From Chrysomallon squamiferum (Eukaryota; Animalia; Mollusca), in NCBI GenBank assembly GCA_012295275.1, contig CM022671.1, forward strand, positions 3,720,001 to 3,784,000: a DNA stretch of 64,000 nucleotides. The letters run 5' to 3'. Shown here piece after piece: positions 46,096 through 60,042 of this stretch; positions within the stretch are counted from its first letter, which is position 1, and each line of letters begins with the position of its first letter. The notes under the pieces were generated by a model. It did no database searches. It had not been told where the DNA came from and saw only the letters and a program-made list of their open reading frames with translations. A program made the position numbers and the translations under genes.

Positions 46096-47367
46096 ATAAT
46101 AATAGATGAAAATTTCAGTTATTATTTATTAACAAAGCTAAAAAAGTAATGATAAAAAAAATAAATAAATAAATAAAATAAATAATAAATAAATAAAATA
46201 ATAAAATAAATAATAAATAAATAAATAAATAAATAAATAAAAATAAAAGATAAAGCGAACTGCAGTATTTGCAGTTTTGTCAACGGTAATATAATCATCA
46301 TTCATAGCACTATTCAAATAACAACGGCAACTACAACGTCAGGACGTCGACATATTTAAACATTTAAATCCGTCCCTATGGTCCAAGATGTAGGAGAAAA
46401 GTGGTCCCTCAAAAACAAATTTTCTGTGTCTAGCAGACAGAACACTAAAACCTTCGTCAATGTTCGTGCGTGTCCGCTTACGTTCTATTAAAAACAACAA
46501 CAAACATCGTCAGTCTTCGTTAATACTTGCATTTTCCCGGAGACGATCTATCGTTACCAGAATCCGTAACAGTCGTTTAAATTCGTATTTGTTCGTAAAA
46601 TTCTGATGTATTCTCACAATGTATTTTACAAAACTGTATCGCTTGTTTTTGTAACTGTCTGTCGTCACTCCTCCCATTTTCCCCCACGTATTCCATGACG
46701 TATACAAGTTACTAAATATTTCCAAGCACTGCATCGTGCAATTTCGTTAAAGTTCGTGTTTGTTCGCATACAATTATAGAACGTACAGTGAGATTTATAC
46801 AGTGCTTTAACAAAGTATAAAAATGCACATATTAATTACACTATGTATATTTTATGTCGATACTGTTTTATCACAAACGTTTCAGCATGAAATATATTTA
46901 TGCACAGCGTGTACACTCGTCATTTACATACATTTACAAAATCTATTTACATATATCTGAGTGTAGTGTGTGTGTTATGAAACCCACATTTTAAACCGAA
47001 ATCTTAAAACTGTATCGTTCTTACACCTTGACAACGAATTGATACTGCATGACGTCATCTGACTTACTAGTAAGATTACGTTTACTCGTTTTATGAAAAT
47101 ATTTTGCTATTTGGATTATGCTGTATTTGATTGTTTTTTTTCTGAGCAACAAGCCAAGACGGTTACGTAATTAATAAAAATTCCCAGCATTGAAATGATT
47201 TAACAAATGGCAGTTTGTACTTCGACGTACTCGTCATATATATCCAACACGATACAAAACATTCACGTACACAGACACAGAACCGAATTTAAACTTACAA
47301 AAAAAAAAAATAAACAGAACCAAATATGTCAGCACAGACATACCGTTATTTGAGGGACACACTATTG

Positions 47368-48357
47368 TCATAACACAGGGATGGTGCGGGTAGGGGAGGA
47401 CACAAAGCCTGGCGTGGCCAGATTTTCTAACCCAGAATAACTGGGGCGAGTCACGGGGGAGAAGGTCATGTGGGGATTGACGAGGGTCGGGAACTGGAAT
47501 GCTGTGCTGGCGTTCAGCCTCGGGCTCAGAGAGGCTACGGGGCTGAGCGAACTCCAGAAGTGAAGCAGTTGCGGCGTGTGCGGTCCCACCATTGGACTCG
47601 TCAGCAGCAGAGGGGTGTGGATTCCTGGGAATGATGACGTCATCGTCCTCGCCGTGGGACTCGGAATGGGACCCATTGTGGCCGGAGTGAGCGACGTGCT
47701 GTTGGCGACAGACAGAGGGACGGTGGCCAGCTTTATCGGTCCCGGCTTCGGCTTGCTGCTGCTCGTGTGCGAGGAGGAGGTGGTGCGGGGCGGAGGGGTG
47801 ATGATGATTCTGGTGGCCGGCTCGGGAGCTGACGTCAACGTCGCTTCCTTCTTCGGCACGACGAGCGACTGAGGCTGTTCGCACGACGTCTGACTCATGA
47901 CGGGTTCTCCCATGGAAGAGGAAGACGACGACGACGACGTTGGCATCTGCCAGTTCATGGCGTTGTGAGCGGACATCTTGATGTTTTCAATGTTGAAGGA
48001 GGCGAAGTGGGGCATGACGCGCTGGCCGTACTCCTGCGCCAGCGACTCCATCTTCACTTTGAACGGAATCTTGTTCTCCGTCTTCACGATCTCCGGGAAC
48101 GACACGAACTTGTACACGAACTTCTGGCCCATGACCTTCTTGATGATGTTCTTGTCGTAGTAGTAGCGGAGGGCTCGGGAGAGTTTGTCGTAGTTCATGT
48201 TGTGCTTCTTCTTGCGGAGTCCCCACAGTCTGGCGACCTCTTCTGCGTTGACGAGCTTAAACTCGCCCTCGTTGTTGGTCCACTGGATGATTGACATGTG
48301 TTGTCTGTTGACAAGAAGTTCTAGCAGAAACTGCCACAGAGTTATGTTGGAATCCAT
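47368..48357 (-). CDS. Elk: ETS transcription factor, Elk/TCF subfamily (ELK1/3/4, LIN-1 group), 329 aa in one exon
   Basis: N-terminal ETS domain [12 protein letters not shown]...[32 protein letters not shown]; D-domain KPKPGPIKL; C-domain [14 protein letters not shown]; DEF motif FQFP. A splice acceptor (ttttcag|CA ATG G) lies 2 nt before the ATG, so the ORF-track start at 48396 is intronic. Confidence 0.95.
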   Translation of the reverse strand: MDSNITLWQFLLELLVNRQHMSIIQWTNNEGEFKLVNAEEVARLWGLRKKKHNMNYDKLSRALRYYYDKNIIKKVMGQKFVYKFVSFPEIVKTENKIPFKVKMESLAQEYGQRVMPHFASFNIENIKMSAHNAMNWQMPTSSSSSSSSMGEPVMSQTSCEQPQSLVVPKKEATLTSAPEPATRIIITPPPRTTSSSHTSSSKPKPGPIKLATVPLSVANSTSLTPATMGPIPSPTARTMTSSFPGIHTPLLLTSPMVGPHTPQLLHFWSSLSPVASLSPRLNASTAFQFPTLVNPHMTFSPVTRPSYSGLENLATPGFVSSPTRTIPVL

Positions 48358-49613
48358 TGCTGAAAAAAAACAACAGTACCATGTATTTTCATTCAATTTT
48401 TTTTTTTATAAAGTCTTTTTTTGTTATTCTTTGTCTTAACTTCATTTTTTAACATACTGTTCTGAGAATAAAATATGTCGTCATGACTATGTAAAAGAAC
48501 GTTTATAAAGAAGAAAACAAGAAAATAATCCACAAAAAAAAAAAAAAAAAAAAAAAAATTTCTTTCGTTAATGATAAAACCGAAATTATCAAGTAAAAGT
48601 TTAATATTCGCTGCTTATCTTTAAACACGCTTTAACTGTTACGTATTTCTAAACTTATTTATACTGCAAGTAAATTACGTATCTTCATGGACGTGTATGT
48701 TTGTGTTTATGTTGAGACTTGACACACTGTCAGGCTAGCGCTTTACAACATGGAACTATAACCTGTTATAAAGAGGGGAAATATGAAAGATATTTTTGCT
48801 AGTTAGAGGCAATTAACGTAAGGGGTTTTATGTGACACATGACGCGCGGCAATGACTCAATCAAGCGATGGAATGCGAGTGTAAAAATGAAGGGTCATTA
48901 GCACTCGGTACTCGCTACCTCTTCCGCCCGAAGATAAACGAGCAGTTAAAATATATTCTGCAATAAGAAGACGAGGAAAATTTTTTTTTTAATAAAAACA
49001 AATAAAAATAAAGACAAGAAGAGAGAACCACCTCGTTACACTTGATAATGCCCATATTTGCACACGAATATCTGTTACGGCAGATCGGATGACGTATTAA
49101 AGTCTAAAATTAACCAGAGTGTGCATTTTTGTGTAATAATCTTAGCCTTGATAGCGGTTCGGTGATGAGAACTCAAGAGTGGCTGATTTCAGAAGGCACT
49201 CATTCTCAAAACACATGCTGTACCTATTTCTCATTCCAGCCAGTACAAACACATGCAAAACATTTTCATTCCGAGACCAGGCCCTATTTAACCCACGGAG
49301 GAGCACCTGATTTTCCGATATTTCAAAGTGCACAGGTAACATTGCTTTAGCAGAAATAATTGATGTTCCCTAGGCCTTATTAATAATAGGTCCTGTCTGA
49401 GACTAAAGGACTCTAACCAGTGAACTACTGATCTCTTCTCTGATGCTCTGAACATAATCGATACGATGATATCGAGTTATGGAAATTCGTGGCTTGTTAC
49501 ACTTTCGACTGCTCGCGTTTTTTTATTTTTTTTTCTGTTTCCATATAAAGTTAGTATTACTTCTGATAGATAATCGACAACATTCACTGTAGGTCAAACA
49601 GATGGCTTTGATC

Positions 49614-49825
49614 TGGGAACAGAGGTAGCGTCAAGTGAAGGGCTTGAGGAATAAAAGTGGTTTCAAATGAAGGGCATGGGGAATAGAGGTGGCTTCAAGT
49701 GAAAGGCAAAGGGAATAGAAGTGGCGTCCAGTGAAGGGAATGGGGAATAGAAGTGGCTTTAAGTGAAGGGCATGGCGAATAGAGGTGGCGTCCGGTGAAG
49801 GGAATGGGGAATAGAGGTGGATCCG
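49614..49825. repeat. 32-bp purine-rich minisatellite in the Elk intron, about 6.5 units
   Basis: ggaatagaggtggcttcaagtgaagggcatgg; gaatag at 49681 and 49713. Confidence 0.9.
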
Positions 49826-50906
49826 ACAGAGCTTAGGAAATGGCCGTAATAAAATTTATAATAATATATCAATACGTGAAAAATTTCCTTTACTGATGTA
49901 ACTTTACTGATTTATTCTTTATTTAAACTTTAGTATACATACGTGCTTTTTCAGTTTAATTATATTGCGAGAAAATATATATAGTGTCTGTATTGTATGT
50001 ATATATAATAATATATGTATGTAAGATGTATATATTTATGTATATTTATCCCTCTGTATCTATGTACATATCAGTTATGAACATTTTCCCATATGAAAGT
50101 AAATGGCTTTTGATACAGCAGTCAGGTAAATCGGAGACAGAAATTATGATCATTCTCGTTTCGGGCGATGGCTTTTAAACTGAGCAACGTCTCTGTACCC
50201 GAGATAATGTTTCGTCTGTTCCTTATTTACAGTCAGTGGTAGACATAACAAATTTCCAGATCGTGTTTCATGTAACAACGTGCACGTTTTGCAGACGTAA
50301 AAAACTGAAGTATAATGACGACGATCAGTAAAATGAAGGAAGAAATAGAAATAAAACATCATTCCAACCCCCCCCCAGAAAAAAAAAAAAAAAAAAAAGA
50401 ATGCAAAGTGGAATGTGAATTTAAAAAAAAAAAAAAAAAAAAATTCTTTACGAGAGGTTACGATGTCTGCCGGTAAAGGAGAATAAACGTCAGACGGGCT
50501 GATTATTCGGCTTAACCTTCGACCTCACACGTGTCACTGAACCGCACACTGCAGAGACAAAACATTAGCAGACGACAGAGCTAGCGAAAGCGCGAAAACA
50601 CTCTGTTCCACACGTTTCAAGCCGAAATAGGAACCCATAAAAATAACAGTTTGTGTTTACCATTGTGCGTATAACAAGCTTAAAGTATTCTAAATCTTCA
50701 AACGTAGAAATGATGTCTTATTTGAAGACAGAAAAATACGTTGTTGTCGCGCATTACGACAAGCTTTGGCGGCTAACAAGTTATTTTTAGTAACAGGTCA
50801 AAGCTAAATAAATAAATTCATTAAGAAAATAAGCGAGTGAAAAAAGTAAGCCGAAAAAAATAAGAATAAGGAAATGAATGAATGAATGAATGAATAAATG
50901 AATGAA

Positions 50907-50953
<47 letters not shown>

Positions 50954-50956
50954 TAA

Positions 50957-50987
<31 letters not shown>

Positions 50988-51154
50988 AAGAAGAAGAAGA
51001 AGAAGAAGAAGAAGAAGAAGAAAGAAGAAAGAAGAAGAAAAAGAAGAACAATAATAAGAAACACCAGTATTCCAATATATTTTTCTTTCTTTTTAATATA
51101 TTTCCAGAATATTATATTTACTGTGAGTGAGGCAGAACATTTTAAGATACTTAC

Positions 51155-51277
51155 TTTTCGATGGTGCCGATTTATTTGGACTTTGTTCATGTCGTCTGAA
51201 CTGGTGGTCGGATTTGAGAGGCGGGGGTGGGGAGATGTCATTTTTCCGAGCTGGGGACGCAGGGCCTCTAGGGAAGT
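51155..51277 (-). CDS. Candidate upstream Elk exon (123 nt, phase 1-1, open in Elk frame: FPRGPASPARKNDISPPPPLKSDHQFRRHEQSPNKSAPSK)
   Basis: ttttattttgcag acceptor, AAA|gtaagt donor, GC-rich island, length divisible by 3. Confidence 0.6.
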
Positions 51278-51734
51278 CTGCAAAATAAAAATAAGAAATA
51301 AAATAAAATAAAATAAAATAAAAAAAAAAAAAAATATATATAATATATAATGGTAATTATCAGTATCAACAAATCACGACATAAATGCCCCTTCTCCACA
51401 AACGCACATTAATTTCAGTTGACATTCTCATAAACTAATCCGATACATTCCATTTCTAGACACGAAATTAATTACATGTAGGCCTCCTAATTTGGTTATT
51501 ACGTCATTAAACCTGCTGAATCATTGTGTATATATATAAATAATCTAAAACAAAATCCAAGTGACAAAATAATTAATATTGGCGCCATGAGTGTCTTTTT
51601 GAACATTATTCCGAATCATTTTTAAGGTTCTTTACAAACACCGAGTCACTGGTGACAAGAAAATGACGTTAGAATAATTCAAAATAAGACAAATAAATGA
51701 TATTATTAATTTTCAGTGACGAATAAACTACAGC

Positions 51735-51807
<73 letters not shown>

Positions 51808-52960
51808 AAGACAAAAATAACAACAATAAGAAAAAAGAACACCCCCCCCACACACACACACGCATACACACATACAGATGCGTCTTTCTTCCATTCCGCT
51901 GGTTAGAACTAATTTCCTTTAAATCGGTTCGTTATAAAACCAGTTTATTATAATTAAAGCATGTTCTTATCAACATGTCGGACCACCACTGTCGCAAATC
52001 TCATTCCGAACGTGACGCTATTTGCGAAATTTAATGTCCAATGAAAATAGGAAACAGCAAACATTCCTCCTCCTCGTTATTTCGGGAAACGCGTTTAACG
52101 ATTTCGAGTTTTGTAGGTTACAACTGTCAAATTATAAAGCTGCCAAACATACGTAATCTTCTTCGTTTTTTTTTTTTTTTTTTATTTGTGTTTAATGACG
52201 TGCATTTAAAGCAGCCGGGAGGAATGTATTACGTTTGATAACACACTGGGGGCCGACTGCTGGTACCGTTTTAAGCTGCAGCCTATCGAATGTCGAGTTT
52301 CTGCACCGAATACAAGTCACATGATCGACTTTGGAGACCTCCGAACTAAAGCTGCGTTCTCACTAGGCGACTTGTTATAGCGTTCTCTACTAAATGTTCA
52401 ACCGGTATTTAGAAAAGAAAGAAAGGAATAATAATATTTTATTTCCCGTTGGCTAATATTTTTTTTATTAATTCATGTTTATAACAGAAATTAACAAACC
52501 ATCGTCTAACAAGATATTCTTCATATGGTACAAGTCGTTACAACAAATCGCTCTGTGGGTCAACGCATCGTAAGGGAATAACTGGAATTCCTCGTTTGAA
52601 GATGGAGCGACGATAGCGCAGATGACATCACGAATTATGCTTGTACATATCTTTTACGTAACCCGGAATAAAGTTGAAAAGAAAAATGATCAACACAATA
52701 CGAAACTGCTGGCCTTACCCTCGGGGCTCGTTTTTGATAAGCGATTGTCATTACAGAGAACTTGCCTCGAGGCGCGTGTTGCGTGTCCCCGATGGTTAAT
52801 ACCATTTTTTATTTCTTTATTTTTGACAGTAATTAGTATTCCCGTTGGTTGAAAAACTGTTCGGCGAGTCTGCAGCATCATATTCGTTCCAGCCATTGTT
52901 TCAATGTGTATTTTCAACTTACAAAAATGCCAGAATATTAATGATCGGTGTAAAGCTTCT

Positions 52961-52997
<37 letters not shown>

Positions 52998-53181
52998 CTT
53001 CTCTCCCCCCCCCCAATATTTAGTCTACATGTCAGAAATAAATGTCTGACATACAATATCCATTGATTGAATATTAATCGATAAACATTACCAAATGAAC
53101 TTTATCCATTCCAACGATAATTGCGGAATTCTGATACACTTGTATTTAAATATGTAATTAAATGATGAAATATGAACTGAA

Positions 53182-53369
<188 letters not shown>

Positions 53370-54028
53370 GTAAACAGCATTCGTGTGGTTAAATCATTAT
53401 ACATAACTATATATGTATTTAATCCAGATTATGGCTTTAATTAAAATTCACTAATAGCGTTATATAAAATGTTGACTATCATTATTAATACTTTCCAGCA
53501 ATTGTAAAGTAAAACCTGCCTTTATCTGAATTTTGTATCACGGTTTATCAGATTGCACATAAATGCTATAAAATGATGCTTTATAAGGCTCTGCGCAAAA
53601 TAAAAAATGAAACTGGAATGCTGTGAACGGTATGCAGTTACGTACATAATTTTTACAATCTGATTTTTACCACGCAGATTCATCATCTCAAATTCCCATT
53701 AAAATTACACAGTGTTTTTATTATTATTATTATTATTATTTCTTTTTCTTTTTTTCATATTTCATTTAGACAGATAGTGTAATTTTAACTTGTATAATTT
53801 ATCGTTATGTAAGCTGAGACTGCAATCAAAAGTCAGAATTAAAATCGTCTCCAAAGCCTCAAAGTTTGTAACTGTCAGCCTGTTTCTCTCTCTCTCTCTC
53901 TCCACACACACACACACACACACACAAAAAAACACACACCTCTCTCTCTCTCTCTCGCACAAGCACACACGCACATACACACATACATATAGCATTAAGA
54001 GACTGAACAACAGAAAGAAGAAACTTAC

Positions 54029-54091
54029 CACCCATATCATTTAAGAACATCCAGCGCTGTACGTCTCTGCTTGGAAACCGATCAAAAGCAC
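54029..54091 (-). CDS. Candidate upstream Elk exon (63 nt, phase 1-1: AFDRFPSRDVQRWMFLNDMG)
   Basis: ttgtttttcag acceptor, GTG|gtaagt donor, open in Elk frame, with in-frame ATGs at 54050 and 54035. Confidence 0.5.
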
Positions 54092-54440
54092 CTGAAAAAC
54101 AATATATAAGGAATTAATAGAAGGAAAACGTTAACTATCTGTGTTGCTGGTGATGCCGCGGGAGCTTACGGCGGGATTTACAACAGAATACTTCCCCTTT
54201 TTTCGCCTAAAGCCAAGATGTCTGGGATAAGCCGGATTCAGAAGCAGACATAGAGTGGAATATCCGATTAATTCACTACAAATACGTTTTACTCGACTTT
54301 AGATCCACTAAAGACAAATTGGTGTGAGTGAGGACGAACAGTGTCGTTTGAAAACACTTGAAGACGAAAATGAGAACATGATGACGAAAATGAGGGGGAA
54401 AAAAAATCTTTCAAACCACAGAATACAGAAGAACCATGAC

Positions 54441-54512
<72 letters not shown>

Positions 54513-55514
54513 GAATAAAAATACTGTAAAATAGAGACATGAAAACGATATGTTCATATACTTATTAGAAGTTCAGAAGTGGGAGTAATTTATAAAGTTA
54601 TATAAAAACACAAAGAAAAACGAATGGAACATCATCTGTAATAATAATAATAATAATTATCAGATATTAGCCTTCTGGCAAAACAATTTCTATTAGTTAG
54701 ATTAATGACTATGGTAACATTTCAAAAAATAAATTTCTGTTTGGAACCGTTATATTTTGCAATTACATGCACACAATGCAATTTGATTTAACCTTTGCAC
54801 AAATGGGAGAGAAAAAAAATACGCTTTATTAATCTTGTACAATTAAACAGTTAATACTATGTTTCACGATAATTTTCTTTCATTTTCTATGGTTTTTATT
54901 CTGCTACTGCATCCATTTAATTCCGCTATTAAATAACAACTGCTACTACTACAGACTAATAATAATAAGAAAGAGAAGAATATTACTAATAATAACACTA
55001 TTAAGTACTATTACAAGTACTATTAGTCATCTACAACTATCATTCTGCTGTTCTTCTTATTATGTGCACGTGTTTGTACATTTCTTTTCTTACATTTTAT
55101 TTTTTTTAACGTGGAATCTAATTTAAATTTAAATTTATATTTTTAAAACTTTTTTAAAAATTTTATTTTATTTTTTTTAACCCAACTATTTTTTTTGATC
55201 TGTCATAAAAGATTTTTTTTTTTTTTTTTTTACAATGGCGCTCATTGTTTAAGCAGTGTGACGTAATCGGTCCCAGCAGGCTCGGTCGTATTTTCCTGAC
55301 AACTCATGCAATGTCTTTTTTTTTATTTCTCTCTCTCTCTCTCAATACCCCCCCCCCACCTCCATCTCTCTCTCTCTCTCTCTACAGTTGTTTGCAATAA
55401 ATCATGGAAAGCAGAGTTTATCAAATCAGAAGGAAAACTGAACGTTCTCGTGGGACAAAGAAATCTAGCCGCTGTCTGGAAGCAATTATATATCTTACGT
55501 ATCACTTAAATACA

Positions 55515-55686
55515 TCAAGGGCGGGTCAACCGTGGGGATGCATCGGGCCACCTTCATTGCACCACCCCTTTTCTTGGAGGCGGGTTATTGTTTGACGACC
55601 GATTTTTCAGTTTGATAATTATGCTTTCTTGTTGAGCCAGCACAATGAGCGAACACCCCCTTTCAGAAGTAGTGGATTCGTCCCTG
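55515..55686. mobile_element. Degenerate MITE-like remnant
   Basis: Imperfect terminal inverted repeats (caagggcgggtcaa ... tggattcgtccctg) around a GC-rich 170-bp patch. Confidence 0.35.
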
Positions 55687-56036
55687 CTCTTATCATTCTA
55701 AGTGCTCGCGTTCATATGTAAACAAAACTTCACACTTAGGCTGTACGAAAACGAAACGTCTGCGGAGAAGAGTTTTGCACCGTTGAATGTGATAATTCTT
55801 TAATACAGATAAACAAACAAACAAACAAATAAATAAAAAAAAAAAAAAAAAAAAAATTCGTAGTGGATGCGTAAATTAAGATAACGAGATAAGAAATACC
55901 AAAAAAAAAAAAAAAAAAAAAATAATAAAAATAATAATAAAATAATACACAACAATTAAAAAAGAAGGAGATAGAGCCAGAGAGAGAGAGGAAGAAAGAA
56001 AAATGAAAAAAATGAATGGGGTTGGAGAGACCGAGC

Positions 56037-56074
<38 letters not shown>

Positions 56075-57254
56075 ACGAAAAGAAGGTGAAGAAGAAAAAT
56101 ACTAGTGATTATTTCATAGTTAAGGCCCTAAGGTAATACTGCATACAAGATGCATGCACTTATACACATCATCAACAACAACCCCAACAAAAAGAAACAA
56201 CTCAAACAAGGACAACTCTCTGAATGTGAACTGGACCCTGTTTTTGAACTGTTTGCTTTACCAATGTCTCGCGCATTACTGAAAATACCTTGTTCAGGTA
56301 CGGAACTGGTACGAGGCAAATCTGGCCGCGTGGCCATCCAAAAACGTCTTGTCAACAACGTCACGACAACGGATCACTGCTTAAGACGTTGGCACGGTGC
56401 AGTGCGGTATCTCTGCAGTGACCACATTGCCTAAATTCCCCGTCTGGCTAATTAGGCACAAGATAGCGAGGACGACTGTTTGTTCAGAAAAGTATTCCTC
56501 ACACCCAGAGCGTCGCAGATAAAACACTGGTCTACCACAGAGAAGAAACTCGTTGCTATTCACCCCATTCTTCGGCTGCACTTCATTTATTTAACAGAGT
56601 AAGGAAAGATAATGCGATTTTTTTAGAATAGGTCATGGAAAGAATAATGACAATTATGATGATGATGATGATGATGATGAAATTAAGTAATTTATTGGCT
56701 AGAATGCTAACAGTTTACGCTACAAAACAATTTTACAAAAAACCCTTTAAAATTAGCCGTCTTATTTGTTGGCTATTTATTTTATTATTATTTTTTTTTT
56801 TTTTTCATTTCACTCTCTCAAGATGAAAACATAAAGGTCAATCATAATTATTAAAATTAATGATAATGAGGATCGCTAATAATCACAGGTTGTTTTAATT
56901 CTGAATATTAATACACTTGAACGACAAGAAATGTATATATATATATAAAAACTGTTTGCTATATATATTTTTTTTTTTTTTTTTTTTGCGCCTGGAGGAG
57001 ATTCCAACTTCTTTTAACCCCCAGTTTCTGAAATTCCCTCATACACTGCAGCTATCAATTAAATAAATTTAAAAGTCAATAAATCATCTCGACTTTCTTA
57101 TAAAAACTAACGATAATGTCTTTTTTTTTTATTCCTAACGATAATGTTTGTTTTTTTCCCCCGTTCCTGCAAATACTTCATGAAGGTTGTGGCTAGACTG
57201 TTTCTACTGAACGAAAAAGAGGTCTGCAGTTAAAACACTTGCACGAGCGTTGCT

Positions 57255-57540
57255 GGGTAGCTGGAACTATCTTCCTCGATATGTCAGTAGAGCTATTTCC
57301 CAACCCAGCCAGGGCCTTACGATTTGTGTATGAAATGCCGCGATTTTTATTTTTATTATTTTTCCTGAAAAAAAGAAGTCCGATTTGTTGCTAACCAATG
57401 AAGCGGCGTTTTTTTTTTTTTTTTTTTTTTTTTTATGAGCCCATTATTAAAGAAAATGATCAAAGATTTGACATTTAAATATTATTAAAATTACAATATG
57501 AAGACCTCTTGCTAAGTAAATGTTGATTCTTTCATTTTAC
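57255..57540 (+). mobile_element. Decayed copy of a second SINE-like family
   Basis: Core gctatttcccaacccagccag is shared with ctatttctcattccagccagt at ~49224-49244. Related reverse-strand fragments appear near 10370-10480 and 17350-17430. Family assignment is from recall only. Confidence 0.4.
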
Positions 57541-58133
57541 CTTGTGTACATTAACGAAGGGTGTATCATAAATAAATAACTACTTAAAATAAACAAGTGG
57601 ACACATTACAATTGAACAACTAAAGAGAAAAAGCGCTTGCCTCTACGTCATGGGATCCTCGTTTTCGACTGGTAACAAGACATACATAAATCACAGTCTT
57701 TGATAAACACTAGTTTGGTCGGATACACACACACACATGAAGTGATAATATCGATACCTTCAATTTTGAAATCGGAAGTATAAACATGCAAACTGATGCT
57801 TTTAAATCGATTTAAATATTGAACGCGGCCTTTTCATTTATCTCGTCAAGGAAATTATCACGGGTATTGCTTAAACAGACTAGTAAACTAATAAATATTT
57901 TAACATGTGGCAACTGAGAAATGAAACTACATGTTTGTGCAAGTTCAGATCGCGGGAACGGCGAATGAGTGATTACTAGATGTCGGAGTTATGGGTATTG
58001 TACAATAATGAAACGTGAGAAGCAATGAATGTTTTATAAACACACCATAATTATAAACTTCAAAACCGAAAACACTGGTTAAGATTATCACTGGATGAAA
58101 TGCCAAAATTATATGTACACTGTAGTAGTAGTA

Positions 58134-58205
<72 letters not shown>

Positions 58206-59396
58206 TAAAGAATAATATTTAAAATAACTTTCGGATTTTATTACTGGGCTTCTCAAGGAGTCTGTTTTGTCATTGATTTTCAGGACTGGAATTTCTCCCG
58301 TTCCAACTATGTCAGGCGATGTAATTATAGATTTTCAAATCTAAGTAAAAGTATTTTTTTTAAATATGCTGACACTTAACGAATCAAATTTCAATGCATT
58401 TCGTTTGAAGATTATAACCAGTGTTAAATAATTAAAAAAATACATTTATAGATAATAAATTAGAAATTTAAAAAAAAAGGGGATTCCACAGAGTACTCTC
58501 GTGTTTTTAAATCGATTTAAAATAAAAACTCGTTCTTTACCTGACAACTGGTATGAAAGGCACAGATAATCCAGTTTAACCCTTTCATGGCTTGGTACCC
58601 GTTTACGATTATGCATCTTTAACTGTTAGTTAAAAACGAGTGTAACATGGGTACTTGGAATCTCCATCTTTAATTTGCTGGTTTCACTTCGTCAAAAGTT
58701 ATAAAACAAAAGCACAAAAAATAAATCCTTTTGCATGTTTGCAAATACCTCTTCGCAATAAACGACAACAATAAAGATTAGAAACCATTTATAAACTCCG
58801 ATTACATATCAAAGTATTCCATTTGTTACGTGACAAAAAACAAAAAATTCCTTTACTAACTCCAACAACATCTTTAAAAGGTTCCACTTCGAAAGAAAAG
58901 AATAAAAAAAATACTTTAGTAAAATTCCAGCTACACGATGTAAGAAATATCGTTTGATTTCCAGTTGTCAACCATCGTAATCTACATTTGTAAAATTCTC
59001 GAGGAAACACCCCTAGCCGAAATTCTTCTCTATCGGAACCTCACTAACACGTCACAACTGCAACGAAAACAAATCACGTGCTCAAAGCACTGCGCGTGTG
59101 GTCTCGTAGTTGGAGAGAAAAAAAAAAAAAAAAAAAAAAAATTAAATTAAGAACAAGAAGAAGAAGAAGAAAAAAAGAACGAAACAAGATCGATGTTTAT
59201 CCCCGACCCAGGCGTGGAACGTGCACCGCCATCGTTCTCGGCAGACGACGTAATCAAGATAAGCAGACGATATCCAATAAGAAACGTAACGTTTCTGGAA
59301 CGAATCAGGGCGACATGTTCGTGAAATGGAAAAAACACAACACTTCGAAAACTTCTTGAAATAGCTGACAAAGTCAGAAGTAAAGTCAACGTATGA

Positions 59397-59589
<193 letters not shown>

Positions 59590-59987
59590 TATTTTTTAAA
59601 ACTTCTATCTTGTATTCTGATATTGTATATTAATATTCCAACTGAACCCATATGTGTTACAGAGATAAAAAAAATATAACGGTAGAACTAAAATAAAAAC
59701 GTCCATTGATCCTCCCCAACAATTCGAAACGATGACTGGAATATCAAAACCACAAATATATTCACTATCAGATTATAATACATTAATTTTTAATTTAAAT
59801 ACGTTGTAATGTTTTTTTTTTAGATTTTATGACAACGCATAATGAAAATATTTGACACAAGAACAAGGTCATTTCATCGACACCCCCAAACACCCTCTCA
59901 CATTTTCTGAGTACATAAAATGATAAATGGCAAAATGAATAATCATATTAATAGTTATTGCATTTTACTACTAATAATACTAAATCT

Positions 59988-60042
<55 letters not shown>

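Noticed and set aside
47234-47884. 216-aa alternative-frame ORF overlapping Elk, plus antisense ORFs 47576-48439
   Set aside because: GTG start with no early ATG; explained by the GC3-rich codon bias of the Elk exon.
48358-48396. ORF-track N-terminus [13 protein letters not shown] of Elk
   Set aside because: It is the polypyrimidine tract and acceptor of the upstream intron, with a non-ATG start.
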